Below are positions 23,733 through 35,825 of a stretch of 64,000 nt of DNA, piece after piece. Position numbers and translations under genes: made by a program. The DNA comes from Malacoraja senta (taxonomy: Eukaryota). The notes beneath the pieces are model-generated. The model was not told the DNA's origin. It was given only the letters and a program-made list of their open reading frames with translations, and searched no databases. The stretch lies in NCBI GenBank assembly GCA_038087875.1, contig CM075992.1:9922001-9986000 (forward strand), in the 5' to 3' direction. Position 1 is the first letter of the stretch, and the number at the start of each line of letters is the position of its first letter.

Positions 23733-24007
23733 TTGTTTAGTTTAGAGATACAGCGTGGAAACAGGCCCTTCGGTGCACCTAGTCCATACTGACCAGCGAC
23801 CACCCCATACATTAACACTAGGAACAATTTACCAAAGCCTATTAACCAAAAACCTGTACGTCTCTGGAGTGTGGGAGCAAACCAGAGCACCCGGAGAAAA
23901 CCCAAGCTGTCACAGGGAGAACGTACACACAGCACCCGTAGTCAGGATCGAACCCGGGTCTCAGGCGCTGCAAGGCAGCAACTCCAGCACTGCGCCACTG
24001 AGCCACC
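23733..24007 (-). mobile_element. HE1-like SINE
   Basis: Reverse complement of the consensus. Confidence 0.9.
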
Positions 24008-24277
24008 TCTAAATTTACACCGAAACGTATCAAATCTATGCCACAAAACATTTTCCATCCGTGTACTGTGTAAATGTCTTTTAATTATTGTAATTGTACC
24101 TGCCTTTTTGAACTATTCCATACACCCGCCTTCCCCTGTATGAAAAGGTTGCCCCTTATTTAAAAGGATTTGTTTGATCCTAGCTCTGTAGACCTGACAA
24201 ATTCCTCCTCCTTTTGCCCGACCAATGCCTCAATAGTTTTGGGTCAAGACCCTTCCTCAGACTAAAGAATATACTGT

Positions 24278-24305
24278 CTGAGGAAGGGTCTCGACCCGAA
24301 ACGTC
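24278..24305 (+). ncRNA. Minimal hammerhead-ribozyme-like motif in a PLE repeat
   Basis: CTGAGGA-A-GGGTC-TC-GACCC-GAAA-CGTC = CUGANGA / stem II / GAAA core. Confidence 0.6.
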
Positions 24306-25029
24306 GCCTATTTCTTTCGCTCCATAGATGCTGCCTCACCCGCTGAGTTTCTCCAGCATTTTTGTCTACCTTCGATTTTCCAGCATCTGCAGTTCTTTCT
24401 TAAACAATATGCTCATCAATACCATGCATCTGTCTGGGTTCCTAATCCTGCCACCTTTGCCCTCTACTCTAACAAGAACATGTTATCCCAGGTCTCTCCC
24501 GATCTCACAAACACCCTCCTCTAATCAACCTTTGAAAGTCACTGCCTAATATCTCCAAAATTTGCTTTGCCCCAATTTCGGACTTTAATTGGCGAGCCAT
24601 TCCTATCCTTTTCCATAACTATTGTAAAACTGATAGAGTTGCATGAATGATTAGGGTCACCTTGCAAACATTCCTGATGAATATGTTTCCTTTGGTTTAC
24701 CTCCTGTCTTCCCCACAACTCTCGGGCCCCATTCTATCTTTAACAATTACTTCTCACACACCTTCCACACAGAGATACTTACATAGAAAGGATCTGATTA
24801 TTAAATCTTCCCTGAGCAGGAGTGGGTGGGCACCAATTTGCTTCCCTTTTACATATATCTTGACAGTGTTTATCCTTTGACAATTACCAGTGTGGTTTTC
24901 CTCTCTTTGTTCCTATGTCTATCTCAAGGTGTGCACTGATGAATGTGTTCCTTTGAATATAAAAGGTTAGGTAGTGAGCTAACTGGGATGTTTTTGAGGG
25001 CAGAAGATTACTTTAGAGAAATAGAGGTC

Positions 25030-25255
25030 CCCACCGAGTCCGCACTGACCAGCGATCCCTGCACATTAACACTATCCTACACACACGATGGACTATTTTA
25101 GACTTATACCAAGCCTACAATTAACCTACAAACCTAAGTGTGGGAGGAAACCGAAGATCTTGGAGAAAACCCACATGGTCTCGGGAAGAATGTACAGACA
25201 GCACTCATAGTTAGGATCGAACCCGAATCTCTGGCACTGCAAGCACTGTAAAGCA
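25030..25255 (-). mobile_element. HE1-like SINE (partial)
   Basis: Core and part of the head in reverse complement. Confidence 0.8.
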
Positions 25256-25507
25256 AGATGACCTGGGAGGAGATGGTGTCATGCCTAAGGGCTACCCATC
25301 TTACAATACAGGAAGCTATTGTAGAAGCTCCTAGACTGTCCTTGGATTTCAGGAGTCTGGAGCAAAAGTACACAAACCTTAACATTTCAGGCAGACCATT
25401 TGGGGTGAGATGTGTGTGACACATCCAATGTTTTCATCCTGTATCTGCCTCTCTATTCCTTTACTCACCTCCACCCTGTATTGCCTTGTTTGGCCGAGCA
25501 AACCTTT

Positions 25508-26022
25508 GTGTTCCTCCATGGGCACCATGTTATAGGAAAGATGTTGTCATGCTGGAAAAGGTGCAGAGAAGATTTACATGGATGTTGCCAGGACTCAAGG
25601 GCCTGAGCTATAGGGAAAGGTTGAGCAGGCTGTGTCTCTATTACTTGGATCGCAGGAGGATGCAGGGTGATCTTATAGAGATGTACATAATCATGAGAGG
25701 AATAGATCAAGTAGACGCACAGATTTTCTTCCCCAGAGTAGGGAAATCAAGAACCAGAAGATGTAGGTTTAAGGTAAGGGGGGAAAGATTGAGGAACCTG
25801 AGGGGTAATTTTTTCACACAAATGGTGGTGGGTATATGGAACAAGCTGCCGGAGGAGGTAGTTGTGGCAGGTACTATTGCAACATTTAAGAAACATTTAG
25901 ACAGGTACATGGATAGGACAGGTTTAGAGGGATATGGGTCAAACGCAGGCAGGTGGGACATGTTGGCCTGTGTGTTCAAGTTGGGTGGAAGGACATGTTT
26001 CCACACTGTCAGATGCTATAAC
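25508..26022 (+). mobile_element. CR1 3' fragment
   Basis: ORF 25486-26085: WAPCYRKDVVMLEKVQRRFT..GNFFTQMVVGIWNKLP. Confidence 0.9.
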
Positions 26023-26867
26023 TCTGACCCATTTCCTTCAACCCATCAACTCTATAATTTTTCTTCAGGCCTACCTCACAGCTAGGGTTTTGATCTCCTG
26101 TTATCGTGTTTCCAAATGGGATGCAACAAGGTTTTTGCTGCATTGAATAATTGAGGACGTCTTGCTGCAGGAAAGGTGCTGGACTATGCAAGGCATTATG
26201 TGACCATACTAAGGGAAGTTTTGATCCAGATTATCAACAGCTTTCCTTTCTCCGGCAGCCCATTGTAGGAGCAGTGTTTCCCTTTAAAATAAAGAACAAT
26301 TTCAAGCTTGTCTTGTTGTCCTCAATTCTATCCTCAAAAGGCGCTTCAGAAGCTGGTCGGAATTTTCAAAACAATTTCATGCACAATCAGTAAAAGAACT
26401 GCATTGTATTTCCCAGTCGTTAAGATGCCCAAATGACGAATTACTTTGAGAAAGGAGAGACGTTTAGATCGCTTGCACCAGGAGTGGGGAAGAGGGAATG
26501 TGTGTGTGACTACGTGCCCTGGGCACATTGTATACAGCTGAAGTAAGAGGCAGCTGATGGAGATACAGCACAATTGATCATTTCATTAATAAGGGCAGTG
26601 AATTTAAAAAAAAAGTTTTTTTTCCCTTCTTTCATAGTCAGTAACATATGACCAACTGATATCAGGAGCATCGTGAGCTCCAGCTCAAAATTTAGCTATT
26701 TACTCACTCTTGTTTCAACAGATTTTTGTTTACTGATGAACTAACAATCAATTCATCTCTTTGCAAAAGAAACAAAAGTCTTAGTGGCTCAAAAAGAGAG
26801 AGCTACACAGATGTGAGTTTGTCAACATTCTTTGGGGTAAAGACCAAGTTTTCTTTTATTTAACATA

Positions 26868-27160
26868 GGGCGGCATGATGGCGCAGTGGTAGAGTTGTAG
26901 CCTCACAGCGACAGAGACCCAGATTCGATCCCGACTATGGGTTCTGTCTGTACGGTTTGACGTTCTCCCCGTGACCTGCATGGTGTTTACCTGGGGTCTC
27001 CGGTTTCCTCCCACACTCCAAAGACGTGCAGCTTTGTAGGTTAATTGGCTTGGTAATTGTCCCTAGTGTGTGTAAGATAGTGTTAATGTGCGGGGATCGC
27101 TGGTCGGCGCAGACTTGGCGGACAGGCCGAAGGGCCTGTTTATGCGCTGTATCTCTGAAA
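26868..27160 (+). mobile_element. HE1-like SINE
   Basis: Full consensus. Confidence 0.9.
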
Positions 27161-27317
27161 TAAACCAAAAAATATATGATTTTCTACGTCAATTCCTATT
27201 AAGTAAATTCCTCAGGAGCAATTCTTCAGTGAGGTGGAGGACATTTGTCAATGGCCTTTGCTCCCTAGAGGAGCAAAGGGCTTAAGAAGAAGAAGAATTC
27301 TTCAGTGCTTTTGGAGA

Positions 27318-28150
27318 CATAGTCAGACAGCAGTGAAGCACGTCCTTCAGCAAAACTTATTCATGCCGACCAAGATACCCCATCTAGGCTAGTCTAATCT
27401 GCCTGCATTTGGCCCATATCTCTCCAAACCCTTCCTATTCATGTACCATGTCCAAGTCTTTTAAATGCTGTTATACCACCGGCCTCAACTACCTCCTCCA
27501 GCAACTCGTTCTATATACCATCACCCTGCATGAAAAAGTTGCTCCTCAGATCCCCATTAAATCTTCCTTCTCTCATCTTAAATGCATGTGCTCTAGTTCT
27601 TGATTCTCCTACCCTGGGTAAAAGACTGCATTCACTCTATCAATTCCCATGATTTATACACATATGTAAGATCACCTCAAAGGACCCTATAGGACAGACC
27701 CATAATGGCATAATCCATGTGAGCCTTCTTTATGCTCTTTCCGCCTTAATCACATTCTTCCGATAACAGGGCAACCAAAACTGAACACTCCAACATCTTG
27801 TACAACTATAACATCATGTCCTTACTTCTATACTCCATACCGGGCCAATGAACTAAAAGCCATCTTGACCATCCCATCTACCTATAATGCCACTTTGAAA
27901 TAGCTTTGTACCAGGACTCCAAGATCCCTCTGCTCTGCAATTCCCCAGGGTCCTACCATTCACTGGAGGTCCTGCCCTGGTTTGACATCGCAAAATGCAG
28001 CACCTCACACTTCTCTACATTAAACTCCATTTGTCACACCACAGCCCACTTGCCCAGTTGATCAAGATCCTGCTGTAATTTTAGATAACCACCTTCACTG
28101 TCTATGATACCGCCTACTTTAGTGTCATCTGCAAATGTTCAAATCATGCC
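27318..28150 (-). mobile_element. Old CR1 fragment
   Basis: TTTGCAGATGACACTAAAGTAGG (FADDTK) at ~28115-28137 and a CR1 tail at left. Confidence 0.8.
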
Positions 28151-28339
28151 TTGTAACTGATTTATTGCATTTGACTTGGGGATAAGAGCTAGTCGAGTTT
28201 TGATTTTAATTAATTTTTGATTGGTGGCATTTCAAGAAGGCTGGCGTGTATCTCCGGTCTCTGATCGCTCTTCAGAAAATGGTGGTGAGCTGCCTTCTTA
28301 AATTGCTGCTGTGTCTCTGAAGATGCCCCCACAGTGCTA

Positions 28340-30273
28340 CAGTAAATCCTCGCTATAACGGACCATGGAGGGGAGGTACGGGAGGGGGGAAATGGTGTCT
28401 GTTGTTGCTGATTGTCCGCTACTGTATAACTGAGTAAGGGATTATCATTGTATAAGTAGGAGAAACAAAAGGACACAAAGTGCTGGAGTAACTCAACAGG
28501 TCAGGCAGCATCACTGGGGAACATGGTCGAGATCCTGCAATGTATGATATATACAATAAACCATCGTTATAATGGACCATATGGGGGGGAATGGTGTCTG
28601 TTCTTGCCAAATGTCCGCTATAATCAAGTCAGATGTTTTCATTTTATAAGATGTAGAAACAAATAACTGCAGTTGCTGGTTAATACGCAAAGGGATACAT
28701 GGTGCTGGAGTAACTCTGCAGCTCAGGCAGCATGTCTGGAGAAAATGGATAGGTGACGTTTCGGGCCGAGACTCTTCTTCAGAGTCTCGGTCTGGAACTG
28801 GGCCAGATGAAGTGACGGCCCTGGCCAGCTGGCGGCCACGGGAGAGGCGAGGATCGGCGTAATCGAAGGCAGGCGGCCGGAGTGCAGGTGAGGGTCGGCG
28901 GTTGCAGTAGTGGTGACAGGCACGGCCTGGAAGCGGCTGGGGAAACTGTGTGGGCTGGCAGTGGCCATAGTTGGTTCAGCCTGGCAGTGGCCAGGGAGGT
29001 GATACAGGCTGGTTGTAGCATCGGCAGCCAAGCCTGGCAGTGAAGGTCGTTAGGTCCATCCACTGTAACCAAAATCTGTCAAAAAAAAAGGTCTAACATA
29101 GAAACATAGAAAATAGGTGCAGGACGTGGCCATTCGGCCCTTCGAGCCAGCACTGCCAATCATTGTGATCATGGCTGATCATCCACAATCAGTAACCCGT
29201 GCCTGCCTTCTCCCCATATCCCTTGATTCCGCGAGCCCCAAGAGTGAATTGACCTCAACTGCTTTCCGTGGCAGAGAGTTCCACAAATTCACACATCTCT
29301 GGGTGAAAAAGTGTTTTCTTATCTCATTCTTAAATGGCCTCCCCTTTATTCTTAGATTGTGGCCCATGTTCTGGACTCGCCCAACATTGGGAACATTTTT
29401 TCCTGCATCTAGCTTGTCCAGTCCTTTTATAATTTTATGTTTCTATGTTTCTATAAGATCCCCCCACATCCTTTTAAATTCCAGTGAATACAAGCCTAGT
29501 CTTTCCAATCTTTCCTCATATGACAGTCCCGCCATCTCGGGGATTAACCTGGTGAACCTACGCTGCACTGCCTCAATAGCAAGGATGTCCTTCCTCAAAT
29601 TAGGAGACTGAAACTCCACATAATACTCCAGATGTGGTCTCACCAGGGCCCTGTACAACTGCAGAAGGACCTCTTTACTCCTGTACTCGATTCCTCTCGT
29701 TATGAAGGCCAACATGCAATTAGATTTCTTCGCTGCCTGGTGTACCTGCAGGTTTACTTTCAGTGACTTGTGTACAAGGACACCCAGGTCTCGCTGCACT
29801 TCCTTTTTTCCTAATATTTTTCCTAATTTGACACCATTGAGATAATAATCTGCCTCCTTGTTCTTGCTGCCAAAGTGGATAACCTCACATTTATCTACAA
29901 TATACTGCATCTGCCAAGCATCTGGCCACTCACTCAACCTGTCCAAGTCGCCCTGCAACCTCCTAGCATCCTCTTTGCAGTTCACACTGCCTCCCAGCTT
30001 TGTGTCATGTGCAAATTTGCTAGTATTACTTTTAATTCCATCATCCAAATCATTAATATATATTTAAATAGTTGCGACCCCAGCACTGCGCCTTGCGCCA
30101 CTCCACTCACCACTACCTGCCATTCTAACAAGGACCCGTTTATTCCGACTCTTTGTTTCCTGTCTGCCAACCAATTCTCTATCCATGTCAATACCCTACC
30201 CCCAATACCATGTGCTCTAATATTGCCCACTAATCTCCTATGTGGGACCTTATCAAATAACGAGGATTTACTG
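28340..30273. mobile_element. Tigger/pogo-like (Tc1-mariner) MITE with nested insertions
   Basis: Left end TA|CAGTAAATCCTCGCTATAACG; right end ATAACGAGGATTTACTG|CA (inverted match, TA TSD with one change). The flanks rejoin into one older LINE-like sequence. Confidence 0.75.
29095..30256 (-). mobile_element. CR1/HER1 LINE, 5'-truncated
   Basis: ORFs 29982-30230 (WIENWLADRKQRV..GVAQGAVLG) and 29443-30048 (KFAHDTKLGG..RPHLEY); (CATAGAAA)n tail. Confidence 0.95.
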
Positions 30274-30605
30274 CACTGAGAGAACGTTCCAAAATTTAGA
30301 CCCAGTGATGAAGAAATGAAGGAGATATATTTCTAATTCAGTAGAAGCTGCAGGTGGTGGTATATCTACTGGCTTTACCCTTCATGTGGTGGAGATCATG
30401 GATTCAAGAGACATTGTTCATGTGTATCTTAATGCTAATACACTGCAGAAAATGGTCTCATACTAAACATAAAGCAAGCCATTGTTTTAATCTGTAGAAT
30501 ATTGTACATAACTTACTGGTGACTCAATCTACTGTGGTCACTCTCTTTCCCCTACTATGCTGAAGTATGCTTCGGTTCTGTGAGCAACTTCATGTGACCT
30601 CTGTG

Positions 30606-30885
30606 TAGTTTAGAGATACAGCATGGAAACAGACTCTTCACCCACTGAGCCCACGCTGAACATCGACCACCCATTCATACTGGTTCCATGTTATCCCTCT
30701 TTCACATTCACTCCCTACACATTCAAGCCCAATTTATGGGAAGAAACTGGAGCACTCAGAGGATACCCATGTGGTCACAGGGAGAATGTGCAAACTCCAC
30801 TCAGACAGTGCCCGAGGTCAGGATTGAACCCGCGTCTTTAGCACTGTGAGGCAGCAGCTCTACCAGCTGCACCACTGTGCCACCC
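30606..30885 (-). mobile_element. HE1-like SINE
   Basis: Reverse complement of the consensus. Confidence 0.8.
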
Positions 30886-31357
30886 TGTGCTTTCTCCCTC
30901 CTAATTCCTCTTCACCTCTCACTATCATTCACCATTATTCAGGCAAAGGGATCTACCCATTTCAAGAAAATAGAACGTTAAAAGTTGATGAATGCCTTTA
31001 ATTTGTTTTGCCGAGGAACCAACCGGCTTTATCTGATACAAAACCAACAAAAATGAATGCTGAACATACGAAGACAGAAACTATTTGAAATAGTTAGCAG
31101 ATGGGGCAGCATCTGTGGAGATTGAAACAATCAAGCGTTCAGCTGGATGCCCTTTCATCATATGTAAGAAGGAACCAGATCAAATACCCCTCATCAGGTC
31201 TAAGTTCTGTTTCTTTTTCCACACTTTTGACTATTTCCAGTATTTTCCAGCTTCCTATTTAGTTTCAGCACCTATATTTTATATTTATTTTCAAGCAGAC
31301 ATGCATGATCTATTTCTCTTAAATTTCAAGTTATTTAATTTGGTTTAAATTGATTAA

Positions 31358-31588
31358 AACACAAAGTGTTGGAGGAACTCAGCAGGCCAGGCAGCATCTG
31401 TGGAGAGAATGGACAAACGATGCTTTGGTTGGGATTCTTCAGATTCAGACCTTCTTCGGGTCTGAAGAAGGGTCCTGATCCAAAATATCATCTGTTCTTT
31501 CACCTCCACAGATCTGCCTGACCTGTGAGTTCCTCTGGCACTTTTGTATTTTGCTCAACATTCCAGCATCTGCAGTTTCTTGTGTCTT
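31358..31588. mobile_element. Fold-back PLE terminal-repeat element
   Basis: ACAAAGTGTTGGAGGAACTCAGC..CTTCTTC / TCTGAAGAAGGGTC..GAGTTCCTCTGGCACTTTTG arms. Confidence 0.7.
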
Positions 31589-32092
31589 TAATTTAAATTG
31601 ATGTTATATGGAGTCATGGCCCAGTCTGTTGTACTACCATAGCAAATTCAAGCCTGGGATATTGTTTATCTGAAGAAGTAAATATCTTTGTGTTAACAAG
31701 AGTTGACTGCAGTGTTAAAAGTTACTCCATAGCAAGGACAACAATCAGTCATCCAGAAGAAAATAATAACATACCTGATTGCTTCAGAGCTTCACCCTGA
31801 TCATTCCTTCTTTAGTATTACTACTGCCCACTGAGAAAGCCAAATGTACTGAGTATAGGGGCTGACTTTGTGAAATGCAGTCGCAGTCTCCAACCACCCT
31901 TGCATTCACATGTGGAGTGCTGTATTGCCACCTATGGAACTCCAGTGGAAATGCAGATTATGAGTTTGAGTTTAGTTTGGTTTCTCGTCACATGAACCGA
32001 GGTACAGTTGCGTGCCAAAAACCAGTCGGCGTAAAGACAATAAATTATTACAATCAAGCCATTCACAGTGTACAGATACATTATAAAGGGAA

Positions 32093-32492
32093 GATAGACA
32101 CAAAAAGCTGGAGTAACTCAACGGTGAGAGTATCTCTGGAGAAAAGGAACGTTAAACGTTCAGGAACACATGAATGAAAGATATGCAAAAAAGTATCGAA
32201 GGTAAAGGAAAAGGGCAATAATTAGCTGTTTGCTAGGTGAGAATGAGTACAGCTAACAATAGCCTGTTTCTTTTATCATTGTTTTTTTTGCATATGTTTC
32301 ATTTTTGTTCTATATCTCTCTACATCGTATATATCTCTCATTTCCCTTTCCGCTGACTCCCGGTCTGAAGAAGGGTCTCCACCTGAAACATCACCTATTC
32401 CTTTTCTCCTGAGATGCGGTTTGATCCACTGAGTTACTCCAGCTTTTTGTGTCTAGCTTTGGTTTAAACCAGCATCTGCAGTTCCTTGCTAT
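32093..32492. mobile_element. PLE-derived repeat with inverted ends
   Basis: AGACACAAAAAGCTGGAGTAACTCA ... TGAGTTACTCCAGCTTTTTGTGTCTA; flanked by TACATTATAAAGGGAA at ~32077-32092 and ~32492-32507, a possible TSD. Confidence 0.7.
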
Positions 32493-33504
32493 ACATTATA
32501 AAGGGAATAATGTGAATAGCACTTAAAGCCAGAAAAGTCCAATCAAAAATAGTTCGAGGCTCTCCTTTGAGGTAGATAGTAGTTCAGAATTGCTGTCCAG
32601 TTGTTGGTAGGATGATTCAGTTGCCTAATAACAGCTGGGAAGAAACTGTCCCTGAATTGGGTTTGTCATCCTGAGAAAATCAATGAAAATATTGATGATG
32701 ACCAGCATTTGAAACCTACTCCTCACCTCAGAAAACCTATGGATTTGCTTTCCTTCTGTCTTCACACATAGGTAGCCAAGAAAACCTTGTTCTCGCAGCA
32801 GGAAGAAATCACTTTCTTAAAATGTTTCTTTGTGGCTACTTCTAGGCCGGCTTTAAGTCAATGGGAATTGGAGATTCGGGGATGGGAGATGAGTGTACAA
32901 AGGAAAGGAAAGGATCAGGGCGCTGGGGTTGGGTGAGGAAATGGTGGAACAATTAGGAATGCAGTTGGGTAACATCCTTCCCCCCTTTTTTTTGTGTGCC
33001 TCACACTCCACTCCCAATTCTCTCACCATCACCATATCCATTTTTGCCTCCCTCCTTACCCTTCCCCAAGTTCCTTTCCACCTACATCCCTCAATCCTGC
33101 TTTACATTTCACTCTTCTTTCCTTATCTAACACCCTTTTGTCTCCTTTTCACTTCAAGCCTTATCACTTGCTCCACCCATCTGCCAAGCAAACCCACCTT
33201 GCCTGTATCCACCTATCACTTGCTAGGCTTTGTCCTGCCCCCACATCTCTTTTCAAGCTTTCTCCCCCCTACTCCAATCAGTCTGAAGTAGGGGCACCAG
33301 AAACAAAATATCGCCTGTCCATTCCCACCCCAGATGATGCCTGACCCACTGCGTTCCTCCAGCACTTTGGGCTTTATTTAAGATTCCAGCATCTGCAGCC
33401 TCTTGTGTCTTCTGTAGTGAAACAAAAGATTTGGCGACAATGGTGGGGAGTGCAGCTAATGTTAAGCACATGTATCCTCTCACATCCTAAAGACGTGTGT
33501 GTTT

Positions 33505-34215
33505 GTAGGTTTAAGAAGGAACTGCAGATGCTGGAAAATCGAAGGTAGACAAAAATGCTGGAGAAACTCAGCGGGTGAGGCAGCATCTATGGAGCGAAGG
33601 AAATAGGCAACGTTTCGGGTCCAAACCTTTCTTCAGACTGATGTGAGGGCAGGGGAGGGGGGGGGGGGGGTGCGGGAGGAAGAAAGGAAGAGGTGGAGCC
33701 AGTGGGCTGAGGGAGAGCTGAGAAGGGGAGGAGAAAGTAAGGACTACCTGAAATTAGAGAAGTCAATGTTCATACCGCTGGGGTGCAAACTGCCCAAACG
33801 AAATATGAGGTGCTGCTCCTCCAATTTGCAGTGGTCCTCACTCTGGCCATGGAGGAGGCCCAGGACAGAAAGGTCAGATTCGGAATGGGAGGAGGAGTTG
33901 AAATGCTGACAAACCGGGAGATCAGGTTGGTTATTGCGAACCAAGCGAAGGTGTTCGGCGAAGCGATCGTCAAGCTGCGTAGGACGTAGAACCAGTTAGA
34001 ATGGGTGATCGATGGTTGGTGGGCCGAAGGACCTGTTTCCATACTGTATTTTTCAATCAATCAAAACAAAATGTTTTTATTTCAGTCTGAAGAAGGGTCT
34101 CGGCCTGAAACGTCACCCATTCCTCCTCTCCAGAGATGCTGCCCGTCCCGCTGAGTTACTCCAGCATTTGGTGTCTATCTTCGAGTTAAACCAGGATTTG
34201 CAGTTCCTTCCTACA
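33505..34215 (-). mobile_element. Penelope-like 3' end (GIY-YIG C-terminus plus terminal repeat) with an opposing inverted repeat copy at 34083-34215
   Basis: ORF 33744-33944: PDLPVCQHFNSSSHS..EEQHLIFRLGSLHPSGMNIDFSNFR. Confidence 0.85.
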
Positions 34216-34307
34216 AAAAAAGCACATTTCCAGGGTCAAGATGCGAATGAGGAACTCTGATGAGTTTTACTAGCATTGTCTTCAGTATTTTACTTTCCAG
34301 CGAGAAT

Positions 34308-34606
34308 GGGCGGTATAGTGGCACAGCTGTAGAGTTGCTGCCTTATAGCCTCACGGACCCCGGTTCGATCCTGATGGCTGGTGCTATCTGTACGAAATTT
34401 ATATTTTCTCCCCATAACAGTGTGGGTTTTACCCGGGTGCTCCGGTATCCTCCGGCATTCCAAAGTACAGGTTTGTAGGTTAATTGGCTTTGGTAAAAAT
34501 GGTAAAATTGTCCCTAGCGTGTAGGATAGTGCTGGTGTACAGGGATCGCTGGTCGAAGGACCTGTTTCCGCGCTGTATCTCTAAACTAAACTAAACTAAA
34601 CTAAAC
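34308..34606 (+). mobile_element. HE1-like SINE
   Basis: Consensus with (TAAAC)n tail. Confidence 0.9.
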
Positions 34607-35029
34607 TCCAATAAGTCTTATTAAAATATACAAAGCTCTCGAGGCATTGTTAACAAATGCAGATCTGCAGAGTGAAACAGAATTTCTCAAACCTGCCACC
34701 ACTGAAAACATACACTGAACCCAAATTAGTTTCCTTGAACAAAACAAACTATAGAATCTTGTGGGAACCAGACTTAACCAGAAGGCATTGATAGGGTAGA
34801 CAGCGGTAACCTTTTGCCATGATGGAAATATCAAATATTAGAGGGCATAGCTTTACGGTGAGAGGGGCAAAGTTCAACAGAGATGTGCGGGGCATATTTT
34901 GTACATAGAGGATGGTAGGTGCCTGGAGTGGTGGTGGAGGCAGATATGATAGTAGCGTTTATGCACATGCAGGGAATGGAGTGATATGGATGTGTGCAGG
35001 CAGAAGAGAGTTTGTCCTGACATGGGTTC

Positions 35030-35780
35030 ATAGAGTCACTCAGCACAGTAGACCCTTAGGCCCAACTTGCCCATGCCAACCAGGTGTTCCATTCATACTA
35101 GCCACACCTGCCCACATTTAGCCCATATCCCTCTAAACATTTCCTGCTGTGTACCTGACCAAATGTCTTTTTAATTTTGTTAGAGTACCAGCCTCAACTA
35201 TCTCCTCTGGCAGCTCATTTCATATATCCACTACACCCAGTGTGAAAAAGTTGCCGCTCAGATTCCTATTAAGTCTCTATGTTCTCACCTTAAACGTATG
35301 TCCTCTGATTCTTGGTTCCCATGCTCTGGGTAAAGCATCTACCCTATTTATTCCCCTCATGGTTCCATCTCTATAAGATCACCCCTCATCCTCCTGCGGT
35401 CCAAGAAACAACGTCCTACTCTGCCCAACCTGTCCCTAAAGCTCAGGCCCTCAAGTCTTGGTAACATCCTCGTAAATCTACTTTGCACTCTTTCAATCTT
35501 AACATCATCCTTTCTACCGTAGTACGACCCAAACTAAACACGATAGGCCAATGTGGCCTCTCTAACTTCTTGTACAATTGTAACATAACGTCCCAGCTTC
35601 TACACTCAATAAACCAATTGATGAAGGGGAATGTGCCGAAAGCCTGCTCTACCACCTTATCTACCTGTGACACCACTTTCAAGGAACTATGTACAAGCAC
35701 TCCTAGATCCCTCCACTCTACAACACTCCCCAGAGTCTTGTCATTCACTGTGAAGATCCTGCCTTGGCTTGACTTCCCAA
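35030..35780 (-). mobile_element. CR1 fragment
   Basis: ORF 35443-35952 (part): DLGVLVHSSLKV..DVMLQLYKKLERPH. Confidence 0.85.
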
Positions 35781-35825
35781 AATCATGTTCTGCACAGACA
35801 TTATGGGCAGAATGGCCTGTTCCTG

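Noticed and set aside
31775..31830. Minus-strand 56-nt segment with good acceptor and CAG|GTATGT donor
   Set aside because: Stops in all three frames; at most a non-coding exon, with no other support.
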